Source: Chrysomallon squamiferum (taxonomy: Eukaryota > Animalia > Mollusca). From it: DNA of 64,000 nt. A program made the position numbers and the translations under genes. Numbering within the stretch: position 1 is the stretch's first letter; each line of letters begins with the position of its first letter. Shown here piece after piece: positions 1 through 15,249 of the stretch. The stretch spans positions 4,154,001 through 4,218,000 of the forward strand of contig CM022669.1 of the NCBI GenBank assembly GCA_012295275.1, given 5' to 3'. The notes beneath the pieces were generated by a model that saw nothing but the letters and a program-made list of their open reading frames with translations, was not told the origin of the DNA and did not search any database.

Positions 1-111
1 TTGTGATCATTTTAATAAATCATCTGAGTACACTATCTTGTATCTATTACCTGACAGTGTTGTATCAGACACCTTTTTTTATTTATCAATTTCTATTATT
101 TTTTAGTTTTA

Positions 112-155
<44 letters not shown>

Positions 156-988
156 ATATATATGTATGTACGTTTTTTTTTTTTATCTATTATTTTTAAA
201 TTTATTTATTAATTTTAGTTTTATTTTATATATATATATATATATTCTTGTTTTGTTGTTTTAGTGTGTTTGGGGTTTTGTTTATTTATCTTTTCACATA
301 ATCTGATCCTCGCCTAAAACTGAAAAACCAAGGGCTTGCATACTTCGACATTTAAATACATTTCATGCACAATCAAGCCATTGAATGTAAATAATCATTA
401 AAAACTGTCACTTCACATGTGTGATGTGCAGAAAGTGCAGTTCACTGTTCGCTTCAGTATAAACAGGAAATGGATCTAAACAGAGCAGGAAGAGATTGAA
501 ATTCAGACTACACACACATACTATATTTCATTAAATTAGACAGTAACATCTTTCTAATACTATTATTATTTGTTTTTTAATATTTCAGAAATGAAACACT
601 GTTACTTCAGTTGACAAGGGGGTCATGTGGTGTGTTACTGGACACCCTTAACTTGGTTTCAGTTGACTTTCAAATACAATATATTTATACCATACTGCAG
701 AGCTGAATAAATGAAGTAATTGTAAAGTAAAGATTGCTAAAGATTATCAGATTGATTTGTAAGTGACGATCTTCATGCATGAAGTATTTCAGTCACGTAA
801 TATTGTCTGGTAAAGCAGTGTATTTGTTAATACTATACGTATACAAAATATTATTTGTTAGCCCTTGCTTTTCAGTTGTATCATAGTTTGATGAAATTAC
901 TTAACAACACAAAAAATGCTAAAACAAATTGTTAGTTTTGAGTTAAAAACTGGAATGCTTTCATTATTATATATTTTATTTTATATTA

Positions 989-1019
<31 letters not shown>

Positions 1020-1717
1020 CACAATACATTTTATGTTCTATTTTGAGTCCATATCATGAATGATCTAAGACTTTATATAAATATTACTGGATATTGCAAA
1101 ATGTCTGTATATCCCTGGTCAGTGATACTGTATTTTAACATTTTCCTTTCCTCTCAAATATGTGTTGTAAATGATTTGATTATTGTCATTTGCCCTAAGA
1201 TTATTCTTTTAAAATAATCAAATTGATTCTTTCACATCGTCCTCACACAAGAGTTGTTTTCAGTAATTTGGATTTTTCAACAGACAAAGTTTATTTTTTC
1301 TGCAACAGTCATAATAAGGATTTTTCAACCAAAAGTTTTTTTTTTCTGCAACTCATAGAACTTTTATCATGATTTGTGTGATAAATACATCATCACCAGT
1401 GCAGTTTTCTAAAAGAAAATCACAGATTTGTAAGTGTTGGTAATTGTTTGAATATTTTATCACAGTCATTAATTCACTTCTGGTTTATCAAAGGTTTTGC
1501 TATATGATTTTCTACCCAGGGGAAGGCATATATTAAAGAACATTTGCTGCTAAGTGGTTTAAAGTAACTCACACAGAGACTGTTGTGAATTTCTGTTTTC
1601 AAACCATTATGCAAAGGAACAGTTATTAATAATAAAATTCTGTTATCATTATCATTTCTTTAAGCATTAAGATTTATTCATTATCATTAAAGATTTATTA
1701 ATTTTGCTGCATTTCAG

Positions 1718-3653
1718 AATGCAAGACTTGGAAACTACACTCAGCCTGTAGATGCTGTTAACTTTGTCTGGGGCAAAAAAGACGACCGTTCTCCAACAAG
1801 TGAAGATGAGGAATACAGTGAACCTTATGTCTTCTCATCACTAGTATCTGGTAAATATACATCCTATATCACTGGTCCATGCAAAATATATCTAATATGT
1901 AACAAGTCTCAGGTTAACATATACATCATTAGTTTCTGCTAAATATATGTAATGTCTTATTGTTATTATTTTTGTTTTTGTAAAGCAACTTTGTTGGTCC
2001 TAGAATTTAAAATTTATCTTTTTCTACAGTTTATTTATTTATTTATTTTATTTTATTATTTATTTTTTCCACATTAAATTTATATTAAAGAACCAATAGT
2101 ATAAAAATACTAGATTTAAAGACAAAATTATTTTTCTTTACGTAATTTTATCCTTGTTCTAGATTTAAAGAAGTCATCACTTAAAACATCGCACACCTCT
2201 GATGAACCACCAGACAGCATTTACTCATTAGCAGAGGAACCTGGCGAAACAGAATACAACCATTTAGGTCAAGTTCTGAAGTCTTCAGCCAAGAAGTCCC
2301 ATGAAAATATTGAAGATCATTACGATCATATGAAACAATGGACTGAGGACGATAAGGGCAGTGATGATGTTTTTAATGAATACGAAATAGAGAATACAGA
2401 CACTGCAGATGTTCTGGATTCTAAAGAAAAGAAACAGCATTTGAGCAACAAATCAAAAGCAGAGTCTAACAATTTGGATGAAGTGGATGGTTTTGATCTC
2501 ACAGCAGATCCTGAGTCACCGGTAACAGAGAATTGTGAAGAGTTCTATGACTGTGCTTGGCAGCCGAGTTCTGGTGTTGAAGACATGTCTGTCGGCAAAG
2601 GGTCCAATGTTAAAGTATCTCGCTCCACAGACTGTTACGAAGATGCCTGGGACACAGTTCAGAAACAGAGGGAACTGCAGGAGAAGGTTCTGAATGCGGC
2701 TCGTAAGAGTAGTGGCGTTAAACCTCCTTCGCTGTCAGCTTTGAGAATATCACCAGTGCCTCCTCCTACACCACCAACGTCTTATCCTCCATTTTCCATG
2801 GCGAATGAATCGGCAAGAGCAGCAGAAAGCCAGAGTGTGTATGAAGAGCCGTGGGATTCCAAGCAGAGGCAGAAGGAGCTGGAGCAGAGACTGACAGCAC
2901 CAGTACAAAGAAAAATTAGTCCTCGTGAAACTCAGCCCACTCTGAGTCCTGTCTTCAGACAGCAGAATGGACAGCCATTTCCAAGCATGGGTACAAGTTC
3001 TGCTGTGCCTAGGTCAGGTTCGTTATCAGTGTCTGGTAAAGAAGAATCATGGGATTCGCGGAGCAGAGTCAATACAGCGCCTTTTCTGAGACAGAGTAGG
3101 TTTCATTAAAGTTTACTTGTCGATGTATGAATAAATAGTTTAATAAAATTGTACTTTATGTTTCCAGATTATTACTCACGGGTGTCTTATCACAATACTT
3201 AATTATTTGTTGTTCTGGAAATATAAATACTTGAGAAAACTTAATTTCCTGATGCATCACATATTTTTGCTGCTTAGTTAAAAATGATTTGAATTTTGAG
3301 AAATTAGTAAATAAATTCTGATGTATCTTTGATCACTTACATATAATATATGCATCCAAGTGTATATATGTACGATTATAGATTTACGAAGAAAAAACTT
3401 GGTTGTTAAAAAACATAATGTGACATCACTATAATATTTAATATGTTACATGTAATTATTAGTATATAAGCATGCTGGATCACAGTTCAAATAATTTGAT
3501 TTTTCTTTTCCAGATTCATACCAAGATGATATGCAGGCATGTTCAAGTCGCAGGAACGTTAATAAACCTTGTACAGTTGGAGAGAATATAAACCCTATTA
3601 TTCCACTGCAAAACCAGAGGTAAATTTGTTTTTAGTTAATTGTACTGAAGCTA

Positions 3654-3714
<61 letters not shown>

Positions 3715-4692
3715 TCTAGTTGTTGTTGTTTTCATTTTTAACTGTTCAGTTTGTTTTAATAAGATCTTACAATTTTCGTTAGGATAGAGGATTAGTGATT
3801 TATTTTGGTTTAAAATTAACAGTGCCATGTTGCATGATATATTTCATTGACCCTATATACTCCTTTATTATTATTTACATCAGCAGCAGCACATAATCAT
3901 GATGATGATGATGATTATTATTATTATCATCATCATCATCATCATTTTGTTATTGCTGTTAAAGTATTTATAAAGATAGCGTTAAATTATAATAGGATGC
4001 AATCAGTTTAATAAAATTAAATAAAGTGATGGCTTTCTTTTTGTTTAGTTGTTGTTGTTGTGTAAATTTTTATTATTATTTTTGTAGCTGGTACCATGGT
4101 AGAATTTCTCGATCTGCCAGTGAGCTTTTGCTTCGAGTTTACAAAGAAGGGAGTTACCTCGTCAGAGAGAGTGAGTCAGAAAGAGGGCAGTTCTCACTGT
4201 CCATAAAGTGAGTAACACCAATGTGTTTAAAAAGTATAACAACTATAGCATTATTAATAAAACCACATACTGATGTTTTAATGAAAAGGTATCAATGCAT
4301 TTTTAGAATTGTTTTAAAATTGATGAAGGTTTGTAAATTGTTACTTGTATGTGAAAAATATCCATTTTTTTTCTTTTGTGTAAATAAACAAATCACACAA
4401 ACACACAAACATAATGTATGCATTCATAAGCATGCAAATACAGTATTAAACTTAATGTGGGTTTCAATTTTTTTTATTTATTAATTTTGTTAAAAATTTC
4501 TTGTTTTCCAGAAGCCCTTTTATGTCTATTCATCTTCGGATTGCATCTTTGCCTAATGGCAAATTTGTTCTTGGAGAAAACAGTCCGACATTTTCAACAA
4601 TTCCTGAAATGATAGACTATTACACAAGACACCCAGTTCCTCTGAAGGGTGCAGAACACATGACACTGCTCCATCCTGTCACTAAGCACTGA
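1718..4692 (+). CDS. SH2 domain-containing adaptor protein, SHB/SHD/SHE/SHF family (3' part; 5' exons not identified in window)
   Basis: In-phase GT-AG exons 1718-1850, 2163-3095, 3514-3619, 4088-4207, 4512-4692 (TGA). Acidic/Pro-rich region with Tyr motifs (YTQP, YSEP, YEDAWD, YEEPWD), then GENINPIIPLQNQ-SWYHGRISR...GSYLVRESES...FSLSIK...HLRI...FSTIPEMIDYY...LLHPV, a C-terminal SH2 domain as in the SHB family. Confidence 0.88.
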
Positions 4693-7600
4693 TTCCGAAT
4701 TTACTTGTTTGTAAATCACACCTATGTACCCAAGTGTGAAATAATCTGCAGTATTATTAGATCAATTTACCAGAACCTAATAACATAACTTATATATTGA
4801 ACTTTATATCACACAGGAACTAACTGGCTAATATGCATTTGTAAGGTAGTTTTTGTTTGATGATATTTGTAATAAATTTCTTAAATTTCACTAGTGTAAA
4901 ATCTGCAATAACAGATATATTTACCAAAATTTAACAATATAAGTTACACTTGGTGATTATTTCTGAACTTTTTATTATATAGAAACTGCCTTCATTATGA
5001 CTTGGGCTAAAAAATATTTGTATGGTGGTTTCTAGTAAGAATATTTACGCTAAATGTCTTAAGTTCAGTGTCAGTATAATTTGCAGTATGTTAGATAACT
5101 TTAGCAGAATCCAGTGATAAAATGGTTATTATTCATTAACAATATATATTCAATATATACATAATCATTAAAGTTTATATCTGACTTCAGGATGATAATA
5201 ACCTGTACATCAGTAAATACAGTAATTATGTAACCTGTATTAAATTTACATATCCTATTGGATGTATTCTAAATATTGTGTCTAACATTGTTGTGTATCT
5301 GCACTAAAATTGAAAAAAAAAAACAAAAAAAAAACACTGAAATGATTGCAGCTGATTGCAAAGAGACTAACAGTTAAATTGACAACATTGAATCATTACC
5401 AAAAATTTCATTAACAGTGAAATTATAGTGTACCCATTTTAGGTGACACTAACATCAAAGAGTGAATTGTTTTATCACTTGCAAATGTAGTTTATTGTGC
5501 ATAACTAATCAAAATTAAATTTTGTGATTCCAATTGTGTGATGTTTATTAATATATATATAGCAAGATGGAAACATGAGTGGACATAAAAAAAGTTATTT
5601 TTGATTGACATTCCTGGTTTCTTTTTAATTAAAATTAAACCAGGCAAATGAAAATGAGTTGTAATGAGTATGTTGTGATGTCTGCTGATTTCAAAGAAGA
5701 ATGTATAATATATTTTTTAAAACAATTCAAAAGTCTGTACATATTTTGTTTACTCATTTACGCAGAAATTAACTAACTGCAAGTAATATAAATGCTTGTT
5801 GATGCAAAAGATAGTTAATATAATTTGTTTTTTAATTTTCTTTGGTGCCATTAACAATAATATTATGTACATTACAGGAGTTAAATATGATTTTTCATCA
5901 TTACATGAATAAAGCATATAACATTTTAATATTAATCATTTAGCTAGTGCCATATTTGTAACAATGTTTTGCTTTGAATTTTGAATTTATAATGGTTCCC
6001 CTTCTTGTTATGTATAAAGGGTTATAATCATGTTTACTAATCACTTGTAATCTGTGATAAAAAAAAGGATAAATCAGTGTCTATAATGTGACCAAAGTTC
6101 TTCCATAATCAGTGTAATTAATCATTTACTTGTTAATAGAGGTATAGATATTGTTAAATCTTGTTCTGTTTTTTTAATTCTTCCGGGTTTTTTTTTTCTT
6201 TTTTTTCTTTTTTTTTTTTTGGGGGTGTGTGTGTGTGTGTCTTTACAGTTCATTAATATAAAGTATTCATAAATTTTCTCTTGTTTAAATTAGTGGGACT
6301 TTTTTTTTTTTTTTTTTTTTGGGGAGGGGGTGGTCTTGACAGTTCATTAATAATAAATAGTATTCTTAAAATTTTATCTTTTTTTAAACAAGGGGGTTAG
6401 CTTTATTTTTCTTTTTCTTTTTTTCCTGATCTGTAAAAATATATTTGCTGCAATGTTAACATGTATTTTGTATTGATATTCTGTTTGTACTTAAAATTGT
6501 CTCCAGTGCTTATCTAAGTGTATTTATTAATATGTGTATTGTCCTGTTAAATACGCACTAACAACATGTATTTGTTTACTGTGTGAAGAAGCCACAACAG
6601 GTAAAATAAAGCTGCTTATTGTAAAATAAGTAGTAACATTTTATTTTTTATTCAGGCAGAATTTTCTTGCTACCAATAATATTTATTACCTTATTTTATT
6701 ATTATTGTTGTTACTATTACTAATAATTATTTTCTTTCATTGTTTATTGCTTATTATTATTTATTATTATAATTATTATTATTACTATTCAGTATTTATT
6801 AATAATCAGTAGTGCTTTATGTTTAAATATTACTGTTTTTATGTGTGTAATGTATATAGTGTTAACAGTCTCAACAAATACATTAACCTCTAACAGTAGC
6901 TTTTAATTAACTCCTGAATAAATCAACCATTTCAGTGATGCTCACTATTAATGTAACATCTAATAAGCTGTACCAAAAAAAAAAAAGGATCTAACAGTTG
7001 CTTTAACAAAAAATAGTTAGCAGAAATTTCTGCTCAGCTTGTATCATTTATGCTTTGCTAACACTGTTTAACAGTATTTTGATATTGTAAATAAATTTAG
7101 TATTCATAATTGACTATCATCATATGCAAAATAAATTCTGAATTTATACTAACCGAGAGAACTGATATACTTTCAATGTATTATTAACGAGCATTTTGGA
7201 AAAAATTAAGGAGACTAAACATCAGTTAGCTGTTGTTTAAATAATACAAATACTAATAAATAAAAAGCCAGCCCTCGGAAGTACATTCAACTGGATTAAA
7301 ACAAATTACTTAAAATATTAAATAAACAAATTATTTTTTTTCCCTCCAACTTCTTTTTGTCAGATCTATAAAATTTATTTTAATTTTTTTACTGGATGCA
7401 TAAATTTATTGTATTTCTTCTGTTTTGTTTTATGACATCAATTTTCAAGTTACATGTAATCTTTGATACTGCCTTGTATGCTTGCTTGTGTCACACAATC
7501 ATTGTATAAAGGTTACAGAAATATTTTGTATACAGTAATTATTCTCAGTTTAAAACAAGTTACATATTTTGTGAACTGATCTGAAGCAACTGCTTTGATT

Positions 7601-9084
7601 AGCAAATCAAATTAAACAATTATTAGGAATCACAGTTCTTTTTAAAACATAATAACTTGAGTTAATCAGTATTATGTATGATCTATTTTATAATAAATAT
7701 ATTTATAACTAATATTTGTTTGTCTTTCATAATCTTGTTACACATACAATGGCAATGGATAATAGTACCAAGTGGTACTTTTCTAACTTGTATATCTGGT
7801 AAAAGAATTCAAAAATCTTGGTTCAAATCACAAGGGAGGAGTTATTTTATTTTGTTTTATATTTTTTAAATCTTTATTTTTTTCTTTCTCTTCAAGATTA
7901 TAAACCAAACTTTTTATAATTATCACTATTATTATTGCTATCATTATTATTGTTATTACTATTGTTAATATTAGTTTATTTTATCATCAACATCATCATC
8001 ATCATATTAATCTTCCTTGCAGATGATTAAAAGCTTACACATTTTTTTATGTTACCAAAATATCAAGACAGAGTATATACATGCAGAAAAACACACACAC
8101 ATAGTGTATATTTAAATACTTATATTCAGAGAATTAATATCTCATCAAACAACAGCATTCTTCATCTAAGGAAAAGGACATATGTCAAGTAAACTGCTCC
8201 ATCCATACATTTTCAATACATTTCAAGTATCTGTCTTCATCTGTTTACTGTAACTTTATCTTAATTACAGGCTCAAATACATCTCTTACTGTTTACTTAC
8301 ACGTAGCCTAAAATCTTTAAAACATTTTTTAAAATTATTTTTGGTTTTTATCTGTGGTGGATTTTTCGCTTTTTTTTTACCTTTTTAAAAAAAAAAGTCA
8401 CACACACACACACACACACACTATATGAGATCCTGCTGTGACCAAAGTTTAGTTATTATGTCACGTATTTCAGCCTGCAGTATACAAGTATAATATTTTT
8501 AAAACTATATATATATACATACATATATGTATTGATCAGTACCAAACTTTAACTAACTTAATACAGATTAATTTCTATTAAGTATGTTAGATTGATTGTA
8601 TGGTGAAAAACAAATTTTTGGGGGCGAATATGGAATGTTATTCAAAATTATTTTATAATGCTAACTTTGATGAGATGATGAACAATAACACAAATTATAT
8701 TTTATATTTATTTTAAAAAATTTCAAAAAGCAGAAAGACAGTTTTTAAAATATGTTTGTCATTGCAAAATAAATAGATTTAATTATATAATAATATAATT
8801 ACATGTATCAAAAAGAATTATTTTAAAATGCACATTTATATTTTTGTAGTAAACTGATGCTATGTACTTTTTCATTTATAAGTTATAAGAAAAAAAGAAA
8901 AAAACTTGAAAAAATGTTTTGCTTGTTGTCAATACCAGCTTACATGGGAAAAAAAATTAAAACAAATAAAAATTAAAATAAATTTTTACTGCTAAGCTAT
9001 AAATACATAAATAATGCTATCAAAGATTACAAATAAGTATTAAAGATCAGTAAATAACTGATAAAATGCTGCTGAGTATTGTTA

Positions 9085-9947
9085 CTATTCTGCTTTCTTG
9101 GAGATCTCGGGCTCCTGTCTTAACTCTGCCTTCTCTATTGTGCCTGTGCGTCCACAGTTTTCTGGATCTTTGAGACATCTCCAGGCAAACAGCAGTGGAA
9201 CAATAAGCAGGGCAAGATTCACAGTCCAGAAAGCAAGTCCAGCCAGTCCTGTGGTCGGGTTCTGAAGAGACTTAGGTGTGCGGCTGTTGAGTGATGCAAA
9301 GATGTAAACAAACTGACCCTGCAAAAGGAACATCAGATTATTAGTATATATAGAGTATTTCCTGAAAACAATTCCATTATCTAATCCATAGTTATAAATT
9401 ATTCATGTTATAAATTAGGATGTTTCTGTCAGTATTTCAAAGTAAAGAATGAATTTTGTCAGTTCTTCTTTTACTAAAATCTCGTTTTAATTGTTTCAAG
9501 TAGGAATCAGCAATTGATTGTTGCCTAATTATCTGTGAAACTTTACTTTTTCTCTATTTTAAAACAGAAGGTGTGAAGCTCTTTGAAGCTCTTTGTATAA
9601 ATATCAATCACAGATTATCTCCCCTTACACAACTGTTTTGTATTAGGAGAAATTAATTTTCACTCTGGTTATTAATTAAATGTGTTTTTTTTTTTTTTTT
9701 TTTTTTTTTGGGGGGCTTTATAAGGTATTCACATTTATGAATAATAATATCAAAGCATGAAATCTGAAGAGGTACTTGAAATATTTTACTGAGAAAAATC
9801 ACCAAATGAACAGTATACAAAAATGTTTATTGTGTCAAAATTAACTATAATCTGAATAATAAACTTATGTGCTAGTATAACAATTATGGTTTCAGCAACT
9901 GAAAGGTTGAATTAAAATTAATTAAAACAACAACTGACGAGCAAAAA

Positions 9948-9979
<32 letters not shown>

Positions 9980-12900
9980 CTCCCCCCACAGGCAAGCAGA
10001 CAGACAGACGTGCAAGTTTTTCAAAATGTAACCTGAGCTGAAGCCCCAGCATGTATCAGAGACCAATCTGCCATCCAACCCTGCTTCAGGTAGAGCAGTC
10101 CATAGATAGAACACAGGTAGAAGAAGACAAAGTAGAACATGTAACAGAGCATCTGCAAAACAGATTAGATATTAAATCAAAATTTTAATATGATTATATT
10201 TATGAAGATGATCAAAAATGATTAAAAAAAAGAGATATTAATTGTAATTATTTCAGTGTTGATTAAAATTTGAAAGATATACAAAATGTCTTGGTAGCAA
10301 AAGTAACGTTCATGCAGTCTGTGGGATATTATTTTTTTTTTTAATAATAACTGACAGTTTCATCTGCTTTTATATTTAGTGAGGCTGCTTTTATATTTAT
10401 TTAAATTCATTATTAACAGACAAATTCACAAACTGAACAGCTGTCAATGTAACAAATGTTTTAATATTCATAACTTTTCACTTAAGCTGCAATTCATCTA
10501 GTTTCCATTCTGCTAAATGAAAAAAGAATGTCCACGAAAAGATTCCAGTATTTCTTTAAATGCATAAATTTCATGTTCTTGCTCTCAAGATAAAATTTCC
10601 TTTTTATTTTCTAAAGCAAAATTTCAAATTCTCAAGTTGTCGTATATTTGAAAAAATATTCACTCTTCTTGCAGATCATTTAAGAATAAAAATGAAAATA
10701 TTATGTTTATTCTCAGTAACACAACAAACCTGCATTTTGGGATAACAGTTAGGATCTGCCAGATTAGGCTCCACCTTGCTGATGTAGTCTAAGAAAAGTG
10801 GCGATTTGCAACCGAGAACTGCCTGAAAATTAAGAATCAAGTTTGTACGATTAACCCTAATTGGTAGACACAAACATATATTATCCCTATCTTCATATAA
10901 GCACACATTCTCAATGATTTAATTTTGATTTTTCAAAATCATAATAACTGTTCTTTTATGTCACCAGTCATGAATAAGATATTGCTGAATAAAATAAATA
11001 TAATTTAGCAGCAGTAAATAACAACTATGTTACTAATCACACACATTTCTGCTTTGTATGGACACTTAATGAATAATCTGATTATTATAGTCTGGTATTT
11101 CGGAAATAATAACAATCATTTCCAGTACAGCATCATGGTCACAAATAGTATATTTCACTAAAAGAATAAAATTCGTTTTTAATTATATATTTTCAAATAC
11201 TTGGTTCTATTTTCATTTCATAACTTTTTTTATGGTATTTAACCTTGCCAAAAAACTCAAAGTTACTGTAATTTTTTATGCTTATATAATCCAACAATGT
11301 TTCATTTAGAACATTATAACTTGACTATATTGTTCCAGACAGTTTTATTAAGCTCAGAATACCTACCAAGCCTCTAAATACTGCAACTGCTCCAGCAAAA
11401 ATAAAATAAATGACAAAAAGCAAATCAACCCATCGCTGTAACAGAGGCTTTACCTGAAGTATAAATATATATATAACAATAAATAAATTTAACTGTCAAT
11501 TTTTTAAAGACTTAGTTTTGGTTATGTTTTTTATATTATGATAATAATTGTATCTTTTATGAAGCAAAAATGTAAAAAGTTTGTTTAGATACATTTGTAT
11601 CTCAAGCACATATATTTGGTGGACAAACATGCCATTAATGAAGTACCTGACACAAAATGATGCAGACTTCCAGTTAACCACATCTGAATTACTGCAACTA
11701 ATTACTAATAATTATAAATTACACGCAACTTTTAATTAACTGTATTTTCAGTAACAGTCCTACGTTAAATTATGTATCAGAAGCCAAGAAATGATTGATG
11801 CCTAGTAACAGTGAACATTACATGTGTGCTGTGGTGTTACATTAATGAATACTCTTTCTGCATTATGCTCTGACATCTCACCATTAATTTTATTCTTCAG
11901 ATTTACAAATGTTTTAAACAAATAGAGAAAATAAAAAAATGAAACAAATGCTTACAATGTAATATGACTTTATGTACATTGGCCTCTCTCTGAAGAATTT
12001 GAATGCAGCACCCAGGGGAACCAGAAGATATGGTAAATTCAGCATGAAAGACCACTTCACTTCAAATGTGCCTGAAGTAAACGAATAAAACGATTATTGG
12101 TTACTTAGATATTTACAGTAAGTCACTTTTTTGTATCACTATTTTGCACTCAATAATATTAAAATGAGAAAATTCTGAACAGTGGCAAAACTAACTTTTA
12201 TTAAATTGAAATATAAATATATAAATTACTTTATTAATGCTTAAATATGTTTTTTAAGAAATAAAAGTTCTAACTTCTAATAAACATCAAATGAAAAATA
12301 GCAAAACTAACTATAAATAAATCAGAATATAAATATTTAAATTACTTTATTAACATTGTAATATGTTTAAGAAGTAAAAACATTACACTTATTATTTTTA
12401 CCTAAATGTACATACATATATTTGAAGGTATGTATGTATGTATGTTAAAAGCATCTTGATATTTAAATTATGTTTGTGTAATGTCATACACAGATGTTAA
12501 AAGTATATATAGTTTTAAAAAATAAAAAAAGAATTAAGAAATATTGTTTTCACCTATCATACTGCCAGGCAAAAGCACAAGTAGGCTATTCATGATGGAC
12601 CCAATCCAGAATAACCCTACTTCTCTGTAACTGCGCCTGAAAATACAGCAATATGTGTTATCTTTGATTATACAAATAGCATAAATACAAATCACTTTTA
12701 TATTTTTGTGCTTTAACAACTAGTTATGTATTACAAAATAAAAATTATTTTAACTTAATTATTAAAACAAAACAAAATATTTTAGTGTATGAATCTATCT
12801 ATATACCTATCTATATCTCTCTCTCTATCTATCTATCTAGCTACATATCTATCTATATCTCTCTCTCTCTATCTATCTATCAATCTATCTATATGCGTGT

Positions 12901-15216
12901 ATATACAGGAAATATTGTTTAACTGCAACACTGAATTATTATTTTTAACTACAGTTTTATAATTAAATCCTGATTTTTTTTTTACAAATACAATGCTATC
13001 TTTAAACCAATGTTTATTAATTTGTTGAATAAAATTTTTAATAACTAAAATTATCAAGCTATTTGAAAATTAGAACTGGGCTTTCACAATACTTCTTATT
13101 TTATTATTATTATTATTGTTATTTTTAATGATAAAATAAAACAAAACAATAACAACAGTCTGCTTCTATATATCAATTTCATTCATCTTCAAGCTTTGTC
13201 AGCAAAGTACAAATTACATTAAATCCTTTTTAACATTACAGCTATTATTTCTTTATGTAACTGCACTTATGCTGTGAAACTTGATACTGAATTAAAATAA
13301 AAGGCATGGATCAAATTCGCCGATGACATCAGCTCTGTACAATTGTCTGTTATGTAAAACAACTCAATGTCAGTGCAGTTACAACAATCTTTCTAATACA
13401 CTAGCAGCTACGTAGGTCAAATAATCCCATAACTGACCTCCTATGGCAAAGATCATTTATAAATAGTTCACAGGGCTTGTATATAAGGAAGATTTAATAT
13501 ATTTTTAATTTGTGCAAAAAATTAAACAAAATTTATCTATTATGTAAAATTTTATATTTTATGTTTAAACAAATGAAATACTGTTTAGTTATAAGGTAAA
13601 AAATTAAATAATTTTGTAATTTGTACAGATTAAATATATCTAGTTTTCATGTTTTAGGAATTTAAAAAAAAAATAAAAAATAAAAAAAATTAAAATATAT
13701 AAACAATTTATATTTACATTGTTTGTAGAGGAAATACTGCATAAGTATGAAGCTTATATAACTGAATTAAATATAAACATACATAATTTAACATTTATGC
13801 AAAATATAAATAATAGTAATTTAAATTTTCAAATATATCTTTTCTTCTTCTTATTCTGGATAATGTATTTTCAATCTGTATAATAGAGCTAATCTCTATA
13901 ATCATTCCTCACACTACATCTATATTAGACTACATTACATTTCAGTCAAACACCTCAGTAATTAATGCTAATGTACTATAGAACTAAAAAGCAAACAAAA
14001 TCAAAAGCACCTGAGACAGAAAATCAGCAGCATTGCTAGATATAAAAGTAAGTGAACAGTGCCATCCCAGTAATTAATTAGCATCCCATATGCTGTTCTG
14101 AGATAAGGTTCCCCTTCTTTAAAATAGAATGACATAATGCCTGAAATACGATTGTCTAATTCCAGGGCAAGACAGAGATCAATAACACAAGACCACGAAA
14201 AAAGGCAACAACCTGAAATTAGAAACAAACACATCTTGTAACATTTATACTAAAACAATGGATTGTAACTAACAGAAGTGAAAACAAAGTCCATCCATGA
14301 GCATTGTGATTTATTTGTTGCTTTAAAAATAATCTGTGCAGCAAACATTTATTATTTATTCCCATTCTCTTCAAAATCTCTGAAGTTAAAATGAATACAC
14401 TTCACATGCCAAGGCTAAGTATTAAAAAATAAATATAATGATCTAAAATGCACATTTTAGGTGAACAAACTCTGCAAATTTGTGCAATATTTTCCCCAAT
14501 ATAACAAGTGCTCTGTTTATTAATCACAGCGTACAGGTGCATTCTTTCTAATCAGTATGACAGGGTTCACACCTTGGGCTGTCAAAATTTCCATAACTTT
14601 TCCAAAACTTTCCATAGCACACAAATCTAAATTTTCAAAACCATTTCCAAGCAAAGTCAATCACAACAAAGTTTTCATCTCTGCAGTTTTTAGATGTTTG
14701 TCAGGGTTAAAACTTTTGCCCTGATTTAAGCTGTGTGATAAACTAGTAATAAAAAAAAAAAAAAAAATTGAAATATTTTATTTTGGTGTTTAAAATGCAG
14801 CTTTATTCTCGGAGTGGACACAACTATAATGACATGTAAGGCAGATTGCCAGAAATATGAATACACAAGTATTGCTTCATAAAAAGTTGTTCCGTTCCTT
14901 TCTTCTTATTTAGTTAATAACCCATACCTTTAAAATGCCCCAAATCCTACTCCTTAATGGTTTGTAGTCTGAACTATCGGTTGGATTTCTCTCTCAGTTT
15001 TAATATTCCACAATTTCAAGCATTTTTTTGTTGTTGTTTTTTGCTTTCACAGTCTTCCTGAAACTATTAGATTTAGTCAGATCAGTGAGATTTCATTTTT
15101 TCTAAGCAGATTCTGCCAGTTCATCAGGAGATGAAGACAGCAATTCAATATCTTTTTCTATATACTTGCTTTCAATATACTGAGTACATTGCGACATTTC
15201 CCCCTCTGTTCATCAC

Positions 15217-15249
<33 letters not shown>

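Noticed and set aside
6600-6650. Overlapping 3' UTRs of the convergent SH2 and TM6SF1 genes (AATAAA on both strands)
   Set aside because: AATAAA is too frequent in this AT-rich DNA to place poly(A) sites without transcript data.
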